The translations under genes were made by a program, and so were the position numbers. Below, in pieces: positions 33,535 through 42,744 of a stretch of DNA of 64,000 nucleotides. This stretch comes from Gammaproteobacteria bacterium (GTDB taxonomy: Bacteria > Pseudomonadota > Gammaproteobacteria > Ga0077536). The DNA lies in the NCBI GenBank assembly GCA_030833185.1, contig JAURHQ010000003.1, forward strand, positions 2,078-66,077, written 5' to 3'. The stretch's first letter is position 1. Each line of letters starts with the position of its first letter. Under the pieces are notes generated by a model that did not search any database, was not told the DNA's origin, and saw only the letters and a list, made by a program, of their open reading frames with translations.

Positions 33535-33864
33535 ATGAGCAGCCCAAATATTGTGTACGTGAGTGACAGTTCCTTCGAACAGGATGTCCTCAAGGCGAGC
33601 AAGCCTGTGCTGGTCGATTACTGGGCAGAATGGTGTGGCCCCTGCCGCATGATCGCTCCCATTCTAGACGAGGTCTCGAACGAATATCACGAGCGCCTGA
33701 CGGTGGCTAAACTCGATGTGGATGCCAATCAGGCGACCTCCATCAAGTACGGCATTCGGGGCGTTCCGACATTGATGCTGTTCAAGGATGGGAACGTCGT
33801 GGCCTCCCACGTCGGCTCGCTCACCAAGTCCCAGCTCACGGCCTTCATCGACAGCAACACCTGA
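33535..33864 (+). CDS. trxA: thioredoxin
   Basis: Start moved to ATG 33535; 109 aa; WCGPC active site. Confidence 0.96.
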   Translation: MSSPNIVYVSDSSFEQDVLKASKPVLVDYWAEWCGPCRMIAPILDEVSNEYHERLTVAKLDVDANQATSIKYGIRGVPTLMLFKDGNVVASHVGSLTKSQLTAFIDSNT

Positions 33865-33882
33865 AGAGACGTTCAATGATGC

Positions 33883-33913
33883 GCCCCGACTGGTCGATGC
33901 TGGCAGTCGGGGC
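33883..33913 (+). terminator. stem-loop after trxA / within the rho leader
   Basis: GCCCCGACTG - 11-nt loop - CAGTCGGGGC. There is no U-tract, so it may be a partial terminator or a leader structure. Confidence 0.4.
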
Positions 33914-34064
33914 GGGTGCCTAGACGGCTCCATGAGGCCGTGATATTTTCCAATCGCATCGTCTGAGCCGCCGTTCCTGGCGCCTCGCATCACCCGGCCA
34001 CTACTCTCCCGTAAGCGCACCAGTTTCCTCTGGCGGCGCCACCAACCTGTAATCCTGAAAATCC

Positions 34065-35321
34065 ATGAATCTGACCGAACTCAAGCAGAAACCCGCCGCA
34101 GAAATTATCTCTATTGCCGACGAACTCGGTATTGAAAACGTCGCCCGCTCACGTAAACAGGACGTCATCTTCAGCATCCTTAAGGCGCAGGCCAAGAAGG
34201 GCGAAGACATCTCGGGTGACGGCGTACTGGAAATCCTGCAGGACGGCTTCGGGTTCCTGCGGTCCGGCGACGGTTCGTATTTGGCCGGCCCCGACGATAT
34301 CTACGTGTCTCCCAGCCAGATCCGGCGCTTCAACTTGCGCACGGGCGACACCATCTCCGGAAAAATCCGCCCGCCCAAAGATGGCGAACGCTACTTTGCG
34401 CTGCTGAAAGTCAGCGATATCAATTTCGAACCGCCGGAAAACGCGAAAAACAAGGTTCTTTTTGAAAACCTGACCCCGCTGTTCGCGAACAAGCGACTGA
34501 ATCTTGAACTGGGCAATGGCAGCACCGAAGACCTGACGCCGCGCGTCATCGATCTCGTCGCCCCGATCGGCAAGGGCCAGCGCGGCCTCATCATTTCGCC
34601 GCCCAAGGCAGGCAAAACGATGATGCTGCAGAGCATCGCGCACTCCGTCGCGGCCAATCACCCCGAGTGCTACCTGATCGTATTGCTGATCGACGAACGC
34701 CCGGAGGAAGTGACTGAAATGCAGCGCTCCGTGCGCGGCGAAGTGATCTCCAGCACCTTCGACGAACCGGCCAGCCGCCACGTCCAGGTCGCCGAGATGG
34801 TGATCGACAAGGCCAAGCGTCTGGTCGAGCACAAACGGGACGTCGTGATTTTGCTCGACTCCGTTACGCGTCTGGCGCGCGCCTACAACACCGTGGTGCC
34901 GGCGTCGGGCAAGGTGCTTACCGGCGGCGTAGACGCGAATGCGCTGCAGCGCCCGAAGCGCTTCTTCGGCGCCGCGCGCAATATCGAAGAAGGTGGCAGC
35001 CTGACGATCATCGCCACTGCGCTGATCGACACCGGCTCGCGCATGGACGATGTGATTTACGAAGAATTCAAGGGCACGGGCAACATGGAAGTCCACCTTG
35101 ACCGCAAGATCGCCGAGAAGCGTATTTTCCCGGCCGTGAACATCAACCGCTCCGGTACCCGCCGCGAAGAATTGCTGACCCATCCCGACGAACTGCAGAA
35201 GATGTGGATCCTCCGCAAACTGCTCCATCCCATGGAAGAAATTGCCGCGATGGAATTCTTGCTCGAGCGCCTCAAGGCGACCAAGAACAACGGCGATTTC
35301 TTCGACTCGATGAAGCGATAG
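34065..35321 (+). CDS. rho: transcription termination factor Rho
   Basis: 418 aa; MNLTELK N-terminus; Walker A PPKAGKT. Confidence 0.97.
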   Translation: MNLTELKQKPAAEIISIADELGIENVARSRKQDVIFSILKAQAKKGEDISGDGVLEILQDGFGFLRSGDGSYLAGPDDIYVSPSQIRRFNLRTGDTISGKIRPPKDGERYFALLKVSDINFEPPENAKNKVLFENLTPLFANKRLNLELGNGSTEDLTPRVIDLVAPIGKGQRGLIISPPKAGKTMMLQSIAHSVAANHPECYLIVLLIDERPEEVTEMQRSVRGEVISSTFDEPASRHVQVAEMVIDKAKRLVEHKRDVVILLDSVTRLARAYNTVVPASGKVLTGGVDANALQRPKRFFGAARNIEEGGSLTIIATALIDTGSRMDDVIYEEFKGTGNMEVHLDRKIAEKRIFPAVNINRSGTRREELLTHPDELQKMWILRKLLHPMEEIAAMEFLLERLKATKNNGDFFDSMKR

Positions 35322-35332
35322 ACCGCTTGAAA

Positions 35333-35363
35333 CTCGGCTGGCCGCGCCCTGCGGTCAGCCGAG
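35333..35363. terminator. GC-rich hairpin between convergent rho and HIT genes
   Basis: CTCGGCTG-G-CCGC GCCCT GCGG-T-CAGCCGAG. A weak T-run (TTTCAAG) is present only on the minus-strand side. Confidence 0.45.
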
Positions 35364-35372
35364 TGCCGGACC

Positions 35373-35717
35373 TTAGCCCGGCGGCCATCCAAAAGCGCGC
35401 CCGGCCAGCACATGTACGTGCAGGTGAAAGACAGTCTGACCCGCCTCCGCGCCGTTGTTTACCGCCAAGCGAAAGGCGTGGCCAAAACCCGCATTTCTCG
35501 CGACCGTGCCCGCCGCCAACAGCAAATAACCCAGCAACTGGGCGTCGTCGGCAGACGCATCACCTACCTTCGGTAACGGCTTCCGGGGAACCACCAGCGC
35601 ATGGAACGGCGCCTGCGGATTAATGTCGTTAAAGGCGATGCAGTGCTCATCCTCGTAGATGATCTGCGCCGGGATTTCGCGCTCGATGATGCGCGTGAAC
35701 AACGTTTTTTCGCTCAT
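35373..35717 (-). CDS. HIT-family nucleotide hydrolase
   Basis: 114 aa; histidine triad HLHVHV. Confidence 0.9.
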   Translation of the reverse strand: MSEKTLFTRIIEREIPAQIIYEDEHCIAFNDINPQAPFHALVVPRKPLPKVGDASADDAQLLGYLLLAAGTVARNAGFGHAFRLAVNNGAEAGQTVFHLHVHVLAGRAFGWPPG

Positions 35718-35755
35718 ATGCCTGCTCCCGCTTGAGGATTCAGTCCAAACCCGGA

Positions 35756-36328
35756 CTAGCGCGGTCGACGCGGCAGGAATTCCGCGCGCCGGGTACCGTG
35801 AACAATGTCGCCGAGATGCGTGCCGTAAGCCTCGCGACGACGGTCCTCAAAGAACAGGCGCAAGGTCTCGGTGATGGTGGGAAACGCGAGTTCCTCCCAG
35901 GGAATCTGATCTTCCCTGAATAACTCACATTCCAGACTTTCCGTGCCCGGTCCGAAATCGAGGTCAAGCAGTCGCGACCTGAACATCATGTACACCTGAT
36001 TGGTGTGAGGGATGTTCATCACGGTATACAGCCCAAGGATTTCAACCCGCGCGTTTGCTTCTTCCAGCGTCTCGCGCTCGGCGGCCTCTGGCGTGGTTTC
36101 GCCGTTTTCCATGAAGCCTGCCGGCAAGGTCCAGTAGCCGTAACGCGGCGGAATCGCCCGCTTGCAGAGCAGGATACGGTCCTCCCAGACCGGGATAGAG
36201 CCCACCACGAGCTTCGGGTTCTGGTAGTGAATTTCGTTGCATTCACCGCAAACGTGACGTGGCCGATTGTCACCATCAGGGACCTGCCACACGATGGATC
36301 CCGACCCGCATTGACTACAGAACTTCAT
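35756..36328 (-). CDS. NUDIX hydrolase with N-terminal zinc ribbon
   Basis: CSQCG...CGEC ribbon. Nudix box GFMENGETTPEAAERETLEEA. Confidence 0.88.
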   Translation of the reverse strand: MKFCSQCGSGSIVWQVPDGDNRPRHVCGECNEIHYQNPKLVVGSIPVWEDRILLCKRAIPPRYGYWTLPAGFMENGETTPEAAERETLEEANARVEILGLYTVMNIPHTNQVYMMFRSRLLDLDFGPGTESLECELFREDQIPWEELAFPTITETLRLFFEDRRREAYGTHLGDIVHGTRRAEFLPRRPR

Positions 36329-36978
36329 GGTGTCACCCGGTTTGGCTGTTCAAGCGCTGCTGCGATGGTCGGCCACACGGCATCCAGCATCAGCGGCTGT
36401 GCTGCTGCTGTGGGATGCAGGCCGTCCGCTTGCAGCAACGCGGGGTTTAGCGCGACTTCTTGCAGAAAAAACGCCGTCAATAATACACGCTCAAACTGCC
36501 CGGACAGTTCAGCAAATGTCTCCGCAAATCCGTTTGCATAGGCGGGACCGTAATTAGGGGGAATCCGCATCGGAATGAGCACAGCGACGGCGCCGCTGTC
36601 TTCCACGGCTTTCAGCATGCGCGCGAGGTTGGCTGTCATCTCTGGTAGCGGCAGTCCGCGCAGGCCGTCGTTGGCCCCGAGTTCCAGAATCACCACATCG
36701 GGTTGGTGTTCGCGTAACAATGGCGGTAAGCGAGCGACGCCGCCGGCGGTGGTCTCGCCGCTGACGCTGGCGTTGATGACCTGTGCGCCCCACTCTCCCT
36801 GACCGAGCCGCGTCTGGAGGAGGTCGGGCCAAGACTGGCCGCGCGCAAGACCATAGCCGGCACTGAGGCTGTCGCCGAACACCAGAATTACTTTGGACGC
36901 CGAGGCTGTCACAGGCAACAAGGTGCCCACGAGCAGGACCATGAAAAACGCCGTTCTTGTCGCTGAAAACCTGGGCAA
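36325..36978 (-). CDS. tesA: GDSL arylesterase / acyl-CoA thioesterase I
   Basis: VFGDSLSAGYG block. The preferred start is TTG 36978, with GGAG 6 nt upstream and a signal peptide whose n-region contains Arg. The alternative is ATG 36942. The track start at 37083 is too long. Confidence 0.85.
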   Translation of the reverse strand: MPRFSATRTAFFMVLLVGTLLPVTASASKVILVFGDSLSAGYGLARGQSWPDLLQTRLGQGEWGAQVINASVSGETTAGGVARLPPLLREHQPDVVILELGANDGLRGLPLPEMTANLARMLKAVEDSGAVAVLIPMRIPPNYGPAYANGFAETFAELSGQFERVLLTAFFLQEVALNPALLQADGLHPTAAAQPLMLDAVWPTIAAALEQPNRVTP

Positions 36979-37615
36979 AACCTTCTCCGGACCGGCGGGC
37001 AGTTTGACCGTGCTGGATGATATCAACTTCACGATCGCGCGCGGCGAAACGGTTGCCATCATCGGCGCTTCGGGGTCGGGCAAGTCAACGCTCCTCGGGC
37101 TGATGGCCGGGCTTGAAGTGCCCAGTCATGGACGCTGCCTTCTGAACGGTCAGGACCTTGGCCTGTTGGATGAGGACGGTCGTGCCGCAGTCAGGCGCGA
37201 TTCGGTGGGCTTCGTGTTCCAGCAGTTTCACCTGCTTCCGTCTTTTACTGCGCTGGAAAACGTCATGCTCCCGCTGGAGTTGGCGGGACGTCCCGGCGCG
37301 CGGGAGACCGCCCAGCGCATCTTGCAATCCGTGGGCCTCGGCGAGCGCGTGATGCACTATCCGCGGCAACTGTCCGGCGGCGAACAACAGCGGGTAGCGC
37401 TCGCCCGTGCCTACTGTGGCGCGCCCGCCATCCTGATGGCCGATGAACCGACCGGCAATCTGGATGCGGCGACGGCGACGCAGATCGTTGACCTGCTGTT
37501 TGAACTCAACGAGCGCAACGCCACAACCCTGGTGCTGGTGACCCATGATGAGCGTCTCGCGGCCCGTTGCGCGCGTCGCATCCGGCTCGATGCCGGTCGT
37601 CTGCTCAATGCGTAA
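36941..37615 (+). CDS. ybbA: ABC transporter ATP-binding protein (YbbA/LolD-like)
   Basis: Start moved to ATG 36941 (MKNAVLVAENLGKTFSG). GASGSGKST and LSGGEQQR motifs. Divergent from tesA, as in E. coli. Confidence 0.88.
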   Translation: MKNAVLVAENLGKTFSGPAGSLTVLDDINFTIARGETVAIIGASGSGKSTLLGLMAGLEVPSHGRCLLNGQDLGLLDEDGRAAVRRDSVGFVFQQFHLLPSFTALENVMLPLELAGRPGARETAQRILQSVGLGERVMHYPRQLSGGEQQRVALARAYCGAPAILMADEPTGNLDAATATQIVDLLFELNERNATTLVLVTHDERLAARCARRIRLDAGRLLNA

Positions 37616-40106
37616 GCCCGCCGCAGCCAGCGTGCTTGCCCTCGCGTGGCGATTTTTTCGTCGCGACCTGCGGAGCCCCCAATTTCTGCTCATCGGCCTG
37701 GCGGTGCTGGTCGCTGTAACCGGCGTCACTGCGGTTAGCAGCTTTACCGCGCGCGTACGACTCGCGCTTGAAGCCCAGTCGCATGTGTTGCTGGCAGCCG
37801 ATCTGGCCGTATTTTCCAGTCAACCGATTACGCCCTTGCTCCGCCAGCAGGCAGCCGCTGCGGGGCTGACGAGCAGCGAACATCTCAGCATGAGAACCAT
37901 GCTGAGCGCCGGAGAGCGGATGCAGCTCACCGAACTTAAAGCGGTCGGTACGGGATACCCCTTGCGCGGCTCGCTCACCGTCCGCAACGCGGTAGCGGGA
38001 CCAGACAGCACGACGCGCGAGATTCCTGCCGCCGGGGAACTATGGGTAGACGCCCGCCTGCTGCGACTGCTTGGCGTTGACCTAGGCCAGCAGGTGCTGC
38101 TGGGCGCGGCGACGTTCAGCATCACCCGCATCCTCACGCTGGAACCCGACCGCGCGGGCGAGTTTTTTGCCATTGCCCCGCGCGTCATGATGAATCTGGC
38201 GGACGTCCCTGCAACCGGTTTGGTCGCTCCCGGCAGCCGCGTGCAATACGCCCTGTTGTTGGCCGGAGAGCGCGCGGCGCTGGCCCGCTTCAAGGCCAGT
38301 GCCACGCTGGATGCGCACGCGCGACTCGTGGCCCCAAGCGAGGCACGGCCCGAGGTACGCGCCGCGCTTACCCACGCCGAACAATTTCTCGGGCTCGCGG
38401 CATTGACCTCCACCGCGCTGGCCGGCATCGCCATCCTGCTTGCTGCTCGCAATTACGCCAGCGCCCGGGTCGATGCCGTCGCGTTGCTGCGAACCTTTGG
38501 CGCCAATCGCCAGCAGATCGCGCTGCTGGTACTGGGCGAACTGAGCCTGCTGGGTCTGGTGGCCTCGCTACTCGGCACAGCGCTTGGACTTGGCTTGCAG
38601 GAGATCCTGGCAAGCCTGTTGCGCGAACTTAGCAACACGGCACTGCCGCTACCGCCGTGGCAGAGCGCGGCCCGGGGGTTTTCCGCCGGTGCCATTGCGG
38701 TCATCGGTTTCGGGCTCGCGCCCCTGCTCGCGCTTCGTCACGTGCCGCCGGCGCGGATTCTGCGACAGGACCTGCAGGTGCCGGGCGTGCGCCCCGTGGC
38801 AACGCTCCTCTACGCACTGGGCGCGCTCGCCCTGCTGGCACCCTGGGACAGCGGCGACTGGCGGCTTACCGCCTGGCTGGTGCTGGGTTTCGCCGGGGTG
38901 CTCATCGCACTCGTCGGCGCAGGTTTCGGACTGGTGGCCCTGCTTGGCGCCTCGCGGGGGCAAGCCGGGGTCGCCTGGCGCGCCGGACTCGCCAGCCTCG
39001 CGCGGCGGCGGCGGCAAAGCGTCAGCCAGATTACCGCGCTGGGGCTGGGCATCATGGCCTTGCTGCTGCTTGGGCTCTTACGCACCGATCTGATGGTGCG
39101 CTGGCAGGAGAGCCTGCCGCCTGACGCCCCGGATCAGTTCCTGATCAACATTCAAGACACGCAACGCGCAGATCTGCAGAAATTCTTCGCCGCGCGCGGC
39201 CTTGAGGGCACTGCGCTGTTCCCCATGGTTCGCGGACGCCTGCTTGCTATCGAGGCGCGCGAAGTGCGGGTGGAAGATTACGAGGACCCGCGCGCTAAAC
39301 GGCTGGTGGATCGGGAGTTCAACCTGTCTGCCGGCGCGACCCTCAAGGCCGATAACCGCGTCATCGACGGTGAGTTCTGGTCCGCCACCAATCCGTCGCC
39401 CCAGTTCTCGGTCGAGGTGGAATTGGCGCAACGGCTAGGCATCAAGCTGGGCGATCGGTTGCGCTTCGCCATTGCCGATCAGACCATCGAAGCGCCCGTC
39501 ACCAGCCTGCGCAAAGTGAGCTGGGATTCGATGCAGGTCAATTTCTTCGTCATCGCAACGCCGGCGCTGCTGGCAAACCAGCCGGCCACCTTCATTACAA
39601 GTTTCCGCCAGCCCGCCGGGCAGCCGGCCTTGCTGCATGATTTGATGAGCGCCTTTCCCAACCTCACCGTGATCGATGTCGGCGCCCTGCTGACCCAGAT
39701 CAGAAGCATCATAACGCGCGTGGTTGAGGCCGTGCAGTTCGTTTTTCTTTTCACGCTGGCCGCGGGCGTGGTGGTGCTGCTGGCCGCGATGCAGGCGACG
39801 CAGGCCGAGCGTCTCTACGATGCCGTGCTGATGAAAACGCTGGGCGCTTCGCGGGCGCTCATCGCCGGCGCGGTCGCGGTCGAGTTTGCCGCGATCGGGC
39901 TTTGCGCCGGTCTGGTCGGCGGTGCCGGCGCCTGGGGCGGTGGCTGGTTGATTGCCCATCAGGTGCTGCGCATTGACTATGCGTTTCAGCCCTTGGTCAT
40001 GGCCAGCGGGATTGCGCTGGGCGTTCTGGCGATTGTCGGCGTCGGCGCGTACGCCGTCCTGCGTGCACTGCGCGAACCGGTGGCCAGCGCGCTGCGCAAG
40101 CACTAA
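37608..40106 (+). CDS. ybbP: FtsX-family ABC permease (YbbP-like, duplicated FtsX domain)
   Basis: Start ATG 37608 overlaps the ybbA stop (ATGCGTAA). About 830 aa and polytopic. Sits in the tesA-ybbA-ybbP arrangement. Confidence 0.8.
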   Translation: MRKPAAASVLALAWRFFRRDLRSPQFLLIGLAVLVAVTGVTAVSSFTARVRLALEAQSHVLLAADLAVFSSQPITPLLRQQAAAAGLTSSEHLSMRTMLSAGERMQLTELKAVGTGYPLRGSLTVRNAVAGPDSTTREIPAAGELWVDARLLRLLGVDLGQQVLLGAATFSITRILTLEPDRAGEFFAIAPRVMMNLADVPATGLVAPGSRVQYALLLAGERAALARFKASATLDAHARLVAPSEARPEVRAALTHAEQFLGLAALTSTALAGIAILLAARNYASARVDAVALLRTFGANRQQIALLVLGELSLLGLVASLLGTALGLGLQEILASLLRELSNTALPLPPWQSAARGFSAGAIAVIGFGLAPLLALRHVPPARILRQDLQVPGVRPVATLLYALGALALLAPWDSGDWRLTAWLVLGFAGVLIALVGAGFGLVALLGASRGQAGVAWRAGLASLARRRRQSVSQITALGLGIMALLLLGLLRTDLMVRWQESLPPDAPDQFLINIQDTQRADLQKFFAARGLEGTALFPMVRGRLLAIEAREVRVEDYEDPRAKRLVDREFNLSAGATLKADNRVIDGEFWSATNPSPQFSVEVELAQRLGIKLGDRLRFAIADQTIEAPVTSLRKVSWDSMQVNFFVIATPALLANQPATFITSFRQPAGQPALLHDLMSAFPNLTVIDVGALLTQIRSIITRVVEAVQFVFLFTLAAGVVVLLAAMQATQAERLYDAVLMKTLGASRALIAGAVAVEFAAIGLCAGLVGGAGAWGGGWLIAHQVLRIDYAFQPLVMASGIALGVLAIVGVGAYAVLRALREPVASALRKH

Positions 40107-40468
40107 TCCGGGCTACGCAGGTCGTCCTCGGCGCGCCAGGGCGGGTTACAAATGGCGAGAAACTGCAGGACGTCATCGCTGCGATTTTCGATCCACTGCT
40201 CGGCCTGCGCCGGGATGAGGGCGGTGTCGCCGGGCCGCAGGCGGGTTATCTGATCATCCACGTGCAGATCGCCCTCGCCTTTGAGAATGAAATAGACTTC
40301 CGCCTGCGCCAGACGATGGCGATAGGTCGCGGCATTGACCGCCACCTCGGCCAGCGCCAATGAATAATCGAGCTCACAATCTCCATGTGCGGGATGCAGC
40401 AGTTCCCGGATAAGGCATCCGTCGTTGGCGATGAATCCCGCAATTTCGGCGGCGCGTTTGATCAGCAT
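40103..40468 (-). CDS. cupin-domain protein
   Basis: Single cupin barrel (YRHRLAQAEVYFILKGEG...LRPGDTALIP). Start ATG 40468 is preferred; the track start at 40552 would leave 2 nt before hemH. Confidence 0.65.
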   Translation of the reverse strand: MLIKRAAEIAGFIANDGCLIRELLHPAHGDCELDYSLALAEVAVNAATYRHRLAQAEVYFILKGEGDLHVDDQITRLRPGDTALIPAQAEQWIENRSDDVLQFLAICNPPWRAEDDLRSPD

Positions 40469-40554
40469 GCTGTCTCTCTGGCGTAAGGCGCGGTAGCGCG
40501 GGTTAAATCCGGCCCCGTCCAGCGCAAGCCCGGTCTTAAGGAGCGTATTCAATC

Positions 40555-41643
40555 ATGGCGAGTTACCTCGGCACCGCAAGTTTCAAGCACGGTGCGCCGG
40601 CACCAATCGGCATTCTGCTCTGCAATCTGGGCACACCGGAAGCGCCAACCGCTGGCGCGGTGCGCACCTATCTGGCCGAGTTTCTGGCCGACCCCCGCGT
40701 TGTCGAACTGCCGCGCGTGCTCTGGATGCCGATTCTCCACGGGATCATTCTGAACGTGCGCCCGCGCCGTTCAGCCCATGCCTACGCCAAGATCTGGACG
40801 GAAGCCGGTTCGCCGCTGCTGGTCAACGCCCGCGCGCAGCAGGCGGCGCTGGCCGAGGCGCTGGAAACCAGCGCCCCCGGGCATTACAAGGTGGCGCTCG
40901 GCATGCGCTACGGCCAGCCGTCGATTGCGAGCGCCCTGCGCGAACTGGCCGCTGCCAATGTCCGCAAGGTGCTGGTGCTGCCGCTCTACCCCCAGTATTC
41001 CGCGCCCTCGACCGCCTCGGTCATCGACGCCGTCACCGCAGAACTCCACCGCTGGCGCTGGGTGCCGGCCCTGCGCACGGTGATGGACTATCACGCAGAG
41101 GACGCCTACATCGAGGCGCTGGCGAACAGCGTCAGGGAATACCGCGCCACGCACGGCAGCGGCGAGCGCCTGCTGATTTCTTTCCACGGCATTCCACGGC
41201 GCTATTTTCTGGCGGGCGATCCGTATTTCTGCCAGTGTCAGGCGACAGCCCGCCTGTTGGCCGAGCGGCTGGGACTAAGCAAGGACCAGTGGCTCATCAC
41301 CTTCCAGTCGCGCTTCGGTCGCGACAAGTGGCTGGAGCCCTACACGGACATCACCCTCCAGCAGCTGGCACGCGAGGGAGCCGGCACCATCGACGTGCTG
41401 TGCCCGGGTTTCGCCGCCGACTGTCTGGAAACGCTCGAGGAAATCGCCGTTCAGAACCGCGAGCTATTTGAAGCCGCGGGTGGCAAGGACTTGCGCTACA
41501 TACCCGCACTTAACGTGCGGCCCGACCACATCGCGTTCTTGCAGGGACTCGTCGCCCAGCACACCGTTGGCTGGACGCCGCCGTCACTGGCGTCACGTGT
41601 GGATGCCGCCACCCACGCGCGGGCCATGGGCGCCGCGCTGTAG
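40555..41643 (+). CDS. hemH: ferrochelatase
   Basis: 362 aa; GILLCNLGTP and LLISFHGIP blocks. Confidence 0.95.
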   Translation: MASYLGTASFKHGAPAPIGILLCNLGTPEAPTAGAVRTYLAEFLADPRVVELPRVLWMPILHGIILNVRPRRSAHAYAKIWTEAGSPLLVNARAQQAALAEALETSAPGHYKVALGMRYGQPSIASALRELAAANVRKVLVLPLYPQYSAPSTASVIDAVTAELHRWRWVPALRTVMDYHAEDAYIEALANSVREYRATHGSGERLLISFHGIPRRYFLAGDPYFCQCQATARLLAERLGLSKDQWLITFQSRFGRDKWLEPYTDITLQQLAREGAGTIDVLCPGFAADCLETLEEIAVQNRELFEAAGGKDLRYIPALNVRPDHIAFLQGLVAQHTVGWTPPSLASRVDAATHARAMGAAL

Positions 41644-41657
41644 CGGGCGGCAAGGCC

Positions 41658-41942
41658 TCAGGCCGTCACCTCCACGCCGCGCCAGAACGCCACAAAGCCC
41701 TCAATGTGCTTGGCGTCTGGCTTGCAAGCCGGGTAGTACCAGCAGGCATCGCGATTCACCGCCCCGTTCACGACCACGTCGTAGTAGCTGGCGGTGCCTT
41801 TCCAGCTGCACACGGTGTGCGTGGCGCTGTCTTGCACGAACTCGCGCTTGAGCGCCTCTGGCGGGAAATAGTGATTACCCTCGACCACTTTGGTCTGGTC
41901 AGATTCTGCAATGACCACCCCGTTCCAACGTGCCTGTGCCAT
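41658..41942 (-). CDS. DUF427-domain protein
   Basis: Start moved to ATG 41942. VVEGNHYFPPEAL...CSWKGTASYYDV matches my memory of DUF427. Confidence 0.7.
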   Translation of the reverse strand: MAQARWNGVVIAESDQTKVVEGNHYFPPEALKREFVQDSATHTVCSWKGTASYYDVVVNGAVNRDACWYYPACKPDAKHIEGFVAFWRGVEVTA

Positions 41943-42094
41943 CAATGTGCTCCTCAAAAATGAATCTCTTTCAAGCCCTCGCCGACCGCTACGAAACAAG
42001 GCCCGACGTCCTCCCTATGCGTACGTACGGCGCCGCGTTTGCGTTCAATCGGCGCACCGCCTGCGACGGCCTGCCGCGCCTGACCGTCTGCGGC

Positions 42095-42673
42095 TCATGG
42101 CCGCTCGTGCAGGAGCTGGGTCAGGGGCACGCGCTGCTGCGCGGGCACTGTCTGCGGATACCCATACCACACCAGCCCAACGCAAAACTCCTGCGACGCA
42201 TCTGCACCGATGGCTTCAAGGAAGCTCGCTTCCCGGATGACCTTGCCAGTCGACCACTTACTGCCAATACCTGCCGCCCACAAGCCGAGCAGCAGGTTCT
42301 GCACGGCGCAGCAGCAAGCCGCGTAGTCTTCCTGTTCGCGCGGCGCGTCGGCGCTTTTCGCGCAGGTCACGGCCAGCCAGCCCGGCATTGCACGCCAGCG
42401 GCGCAGCTTGGCCGCGGCGGCCTCTTCACCGCTCTTGCGACTAACCAAGGCCGCATTGAGCAGACTGATGCGCTCCGCAGTTTCCGCACCCAGCAAGTAG
42501 AAGCGCCACGGCTCGGTCAGCCGGTGATTGGGGGCCCAGCGGGCGGCATCGATCGCGGCCAGCACCGCTTCGCGCGGCGGCACGTCGGGCAGAAAATCGT
42601 GAATGGTGCGACGGGCGCGCAGAACGTCCAGCACCGTCTGGGTAGCAGGCGAGCAATTGGTTGTGGATGGCAT
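42095..42673 (-). CDS. nitroreductase-family protein
   Basis: RRTIHDF...AARWAPNHRLTEPWRF N-terminal block. Start ATG 42673 is preferred. Confidence 0.8.
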   Translation of the reverse strand: MPSTTNCSPATQTVLDVLRARRTIHDFLPDVPPREAVLAAIDAARWAPNHRLTEPWRFYLLGAETAERISLLNAALVSRKSGEEAAAAKLRRWRAMPGWLAVTCAKSADAPREQEDYAACCCAVQNLLLGLWAAGIGSKWSTGKVIREASFLEAIGADASQEFCVGLVWYGYPQTVPAQQRVPLTQLLHERP

Positions 42674-42744
42674 GCGGTTCTCCGACTCGGGCGCGAAGCC
42701 AAGCGTTGCTTCGGCGGGTGGCAGTGCGGACAATTGGCCGCTGC

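Noticed and set aside
36893-36940. Upstream TTG start for ybbA (MDAEAVTGNKVPTSRT...)
   Set aside because: The extra 16 residues have no counterpart in YbbA-type ATPases, whose N-terminus aligns with MKNAVLVAENLGK.
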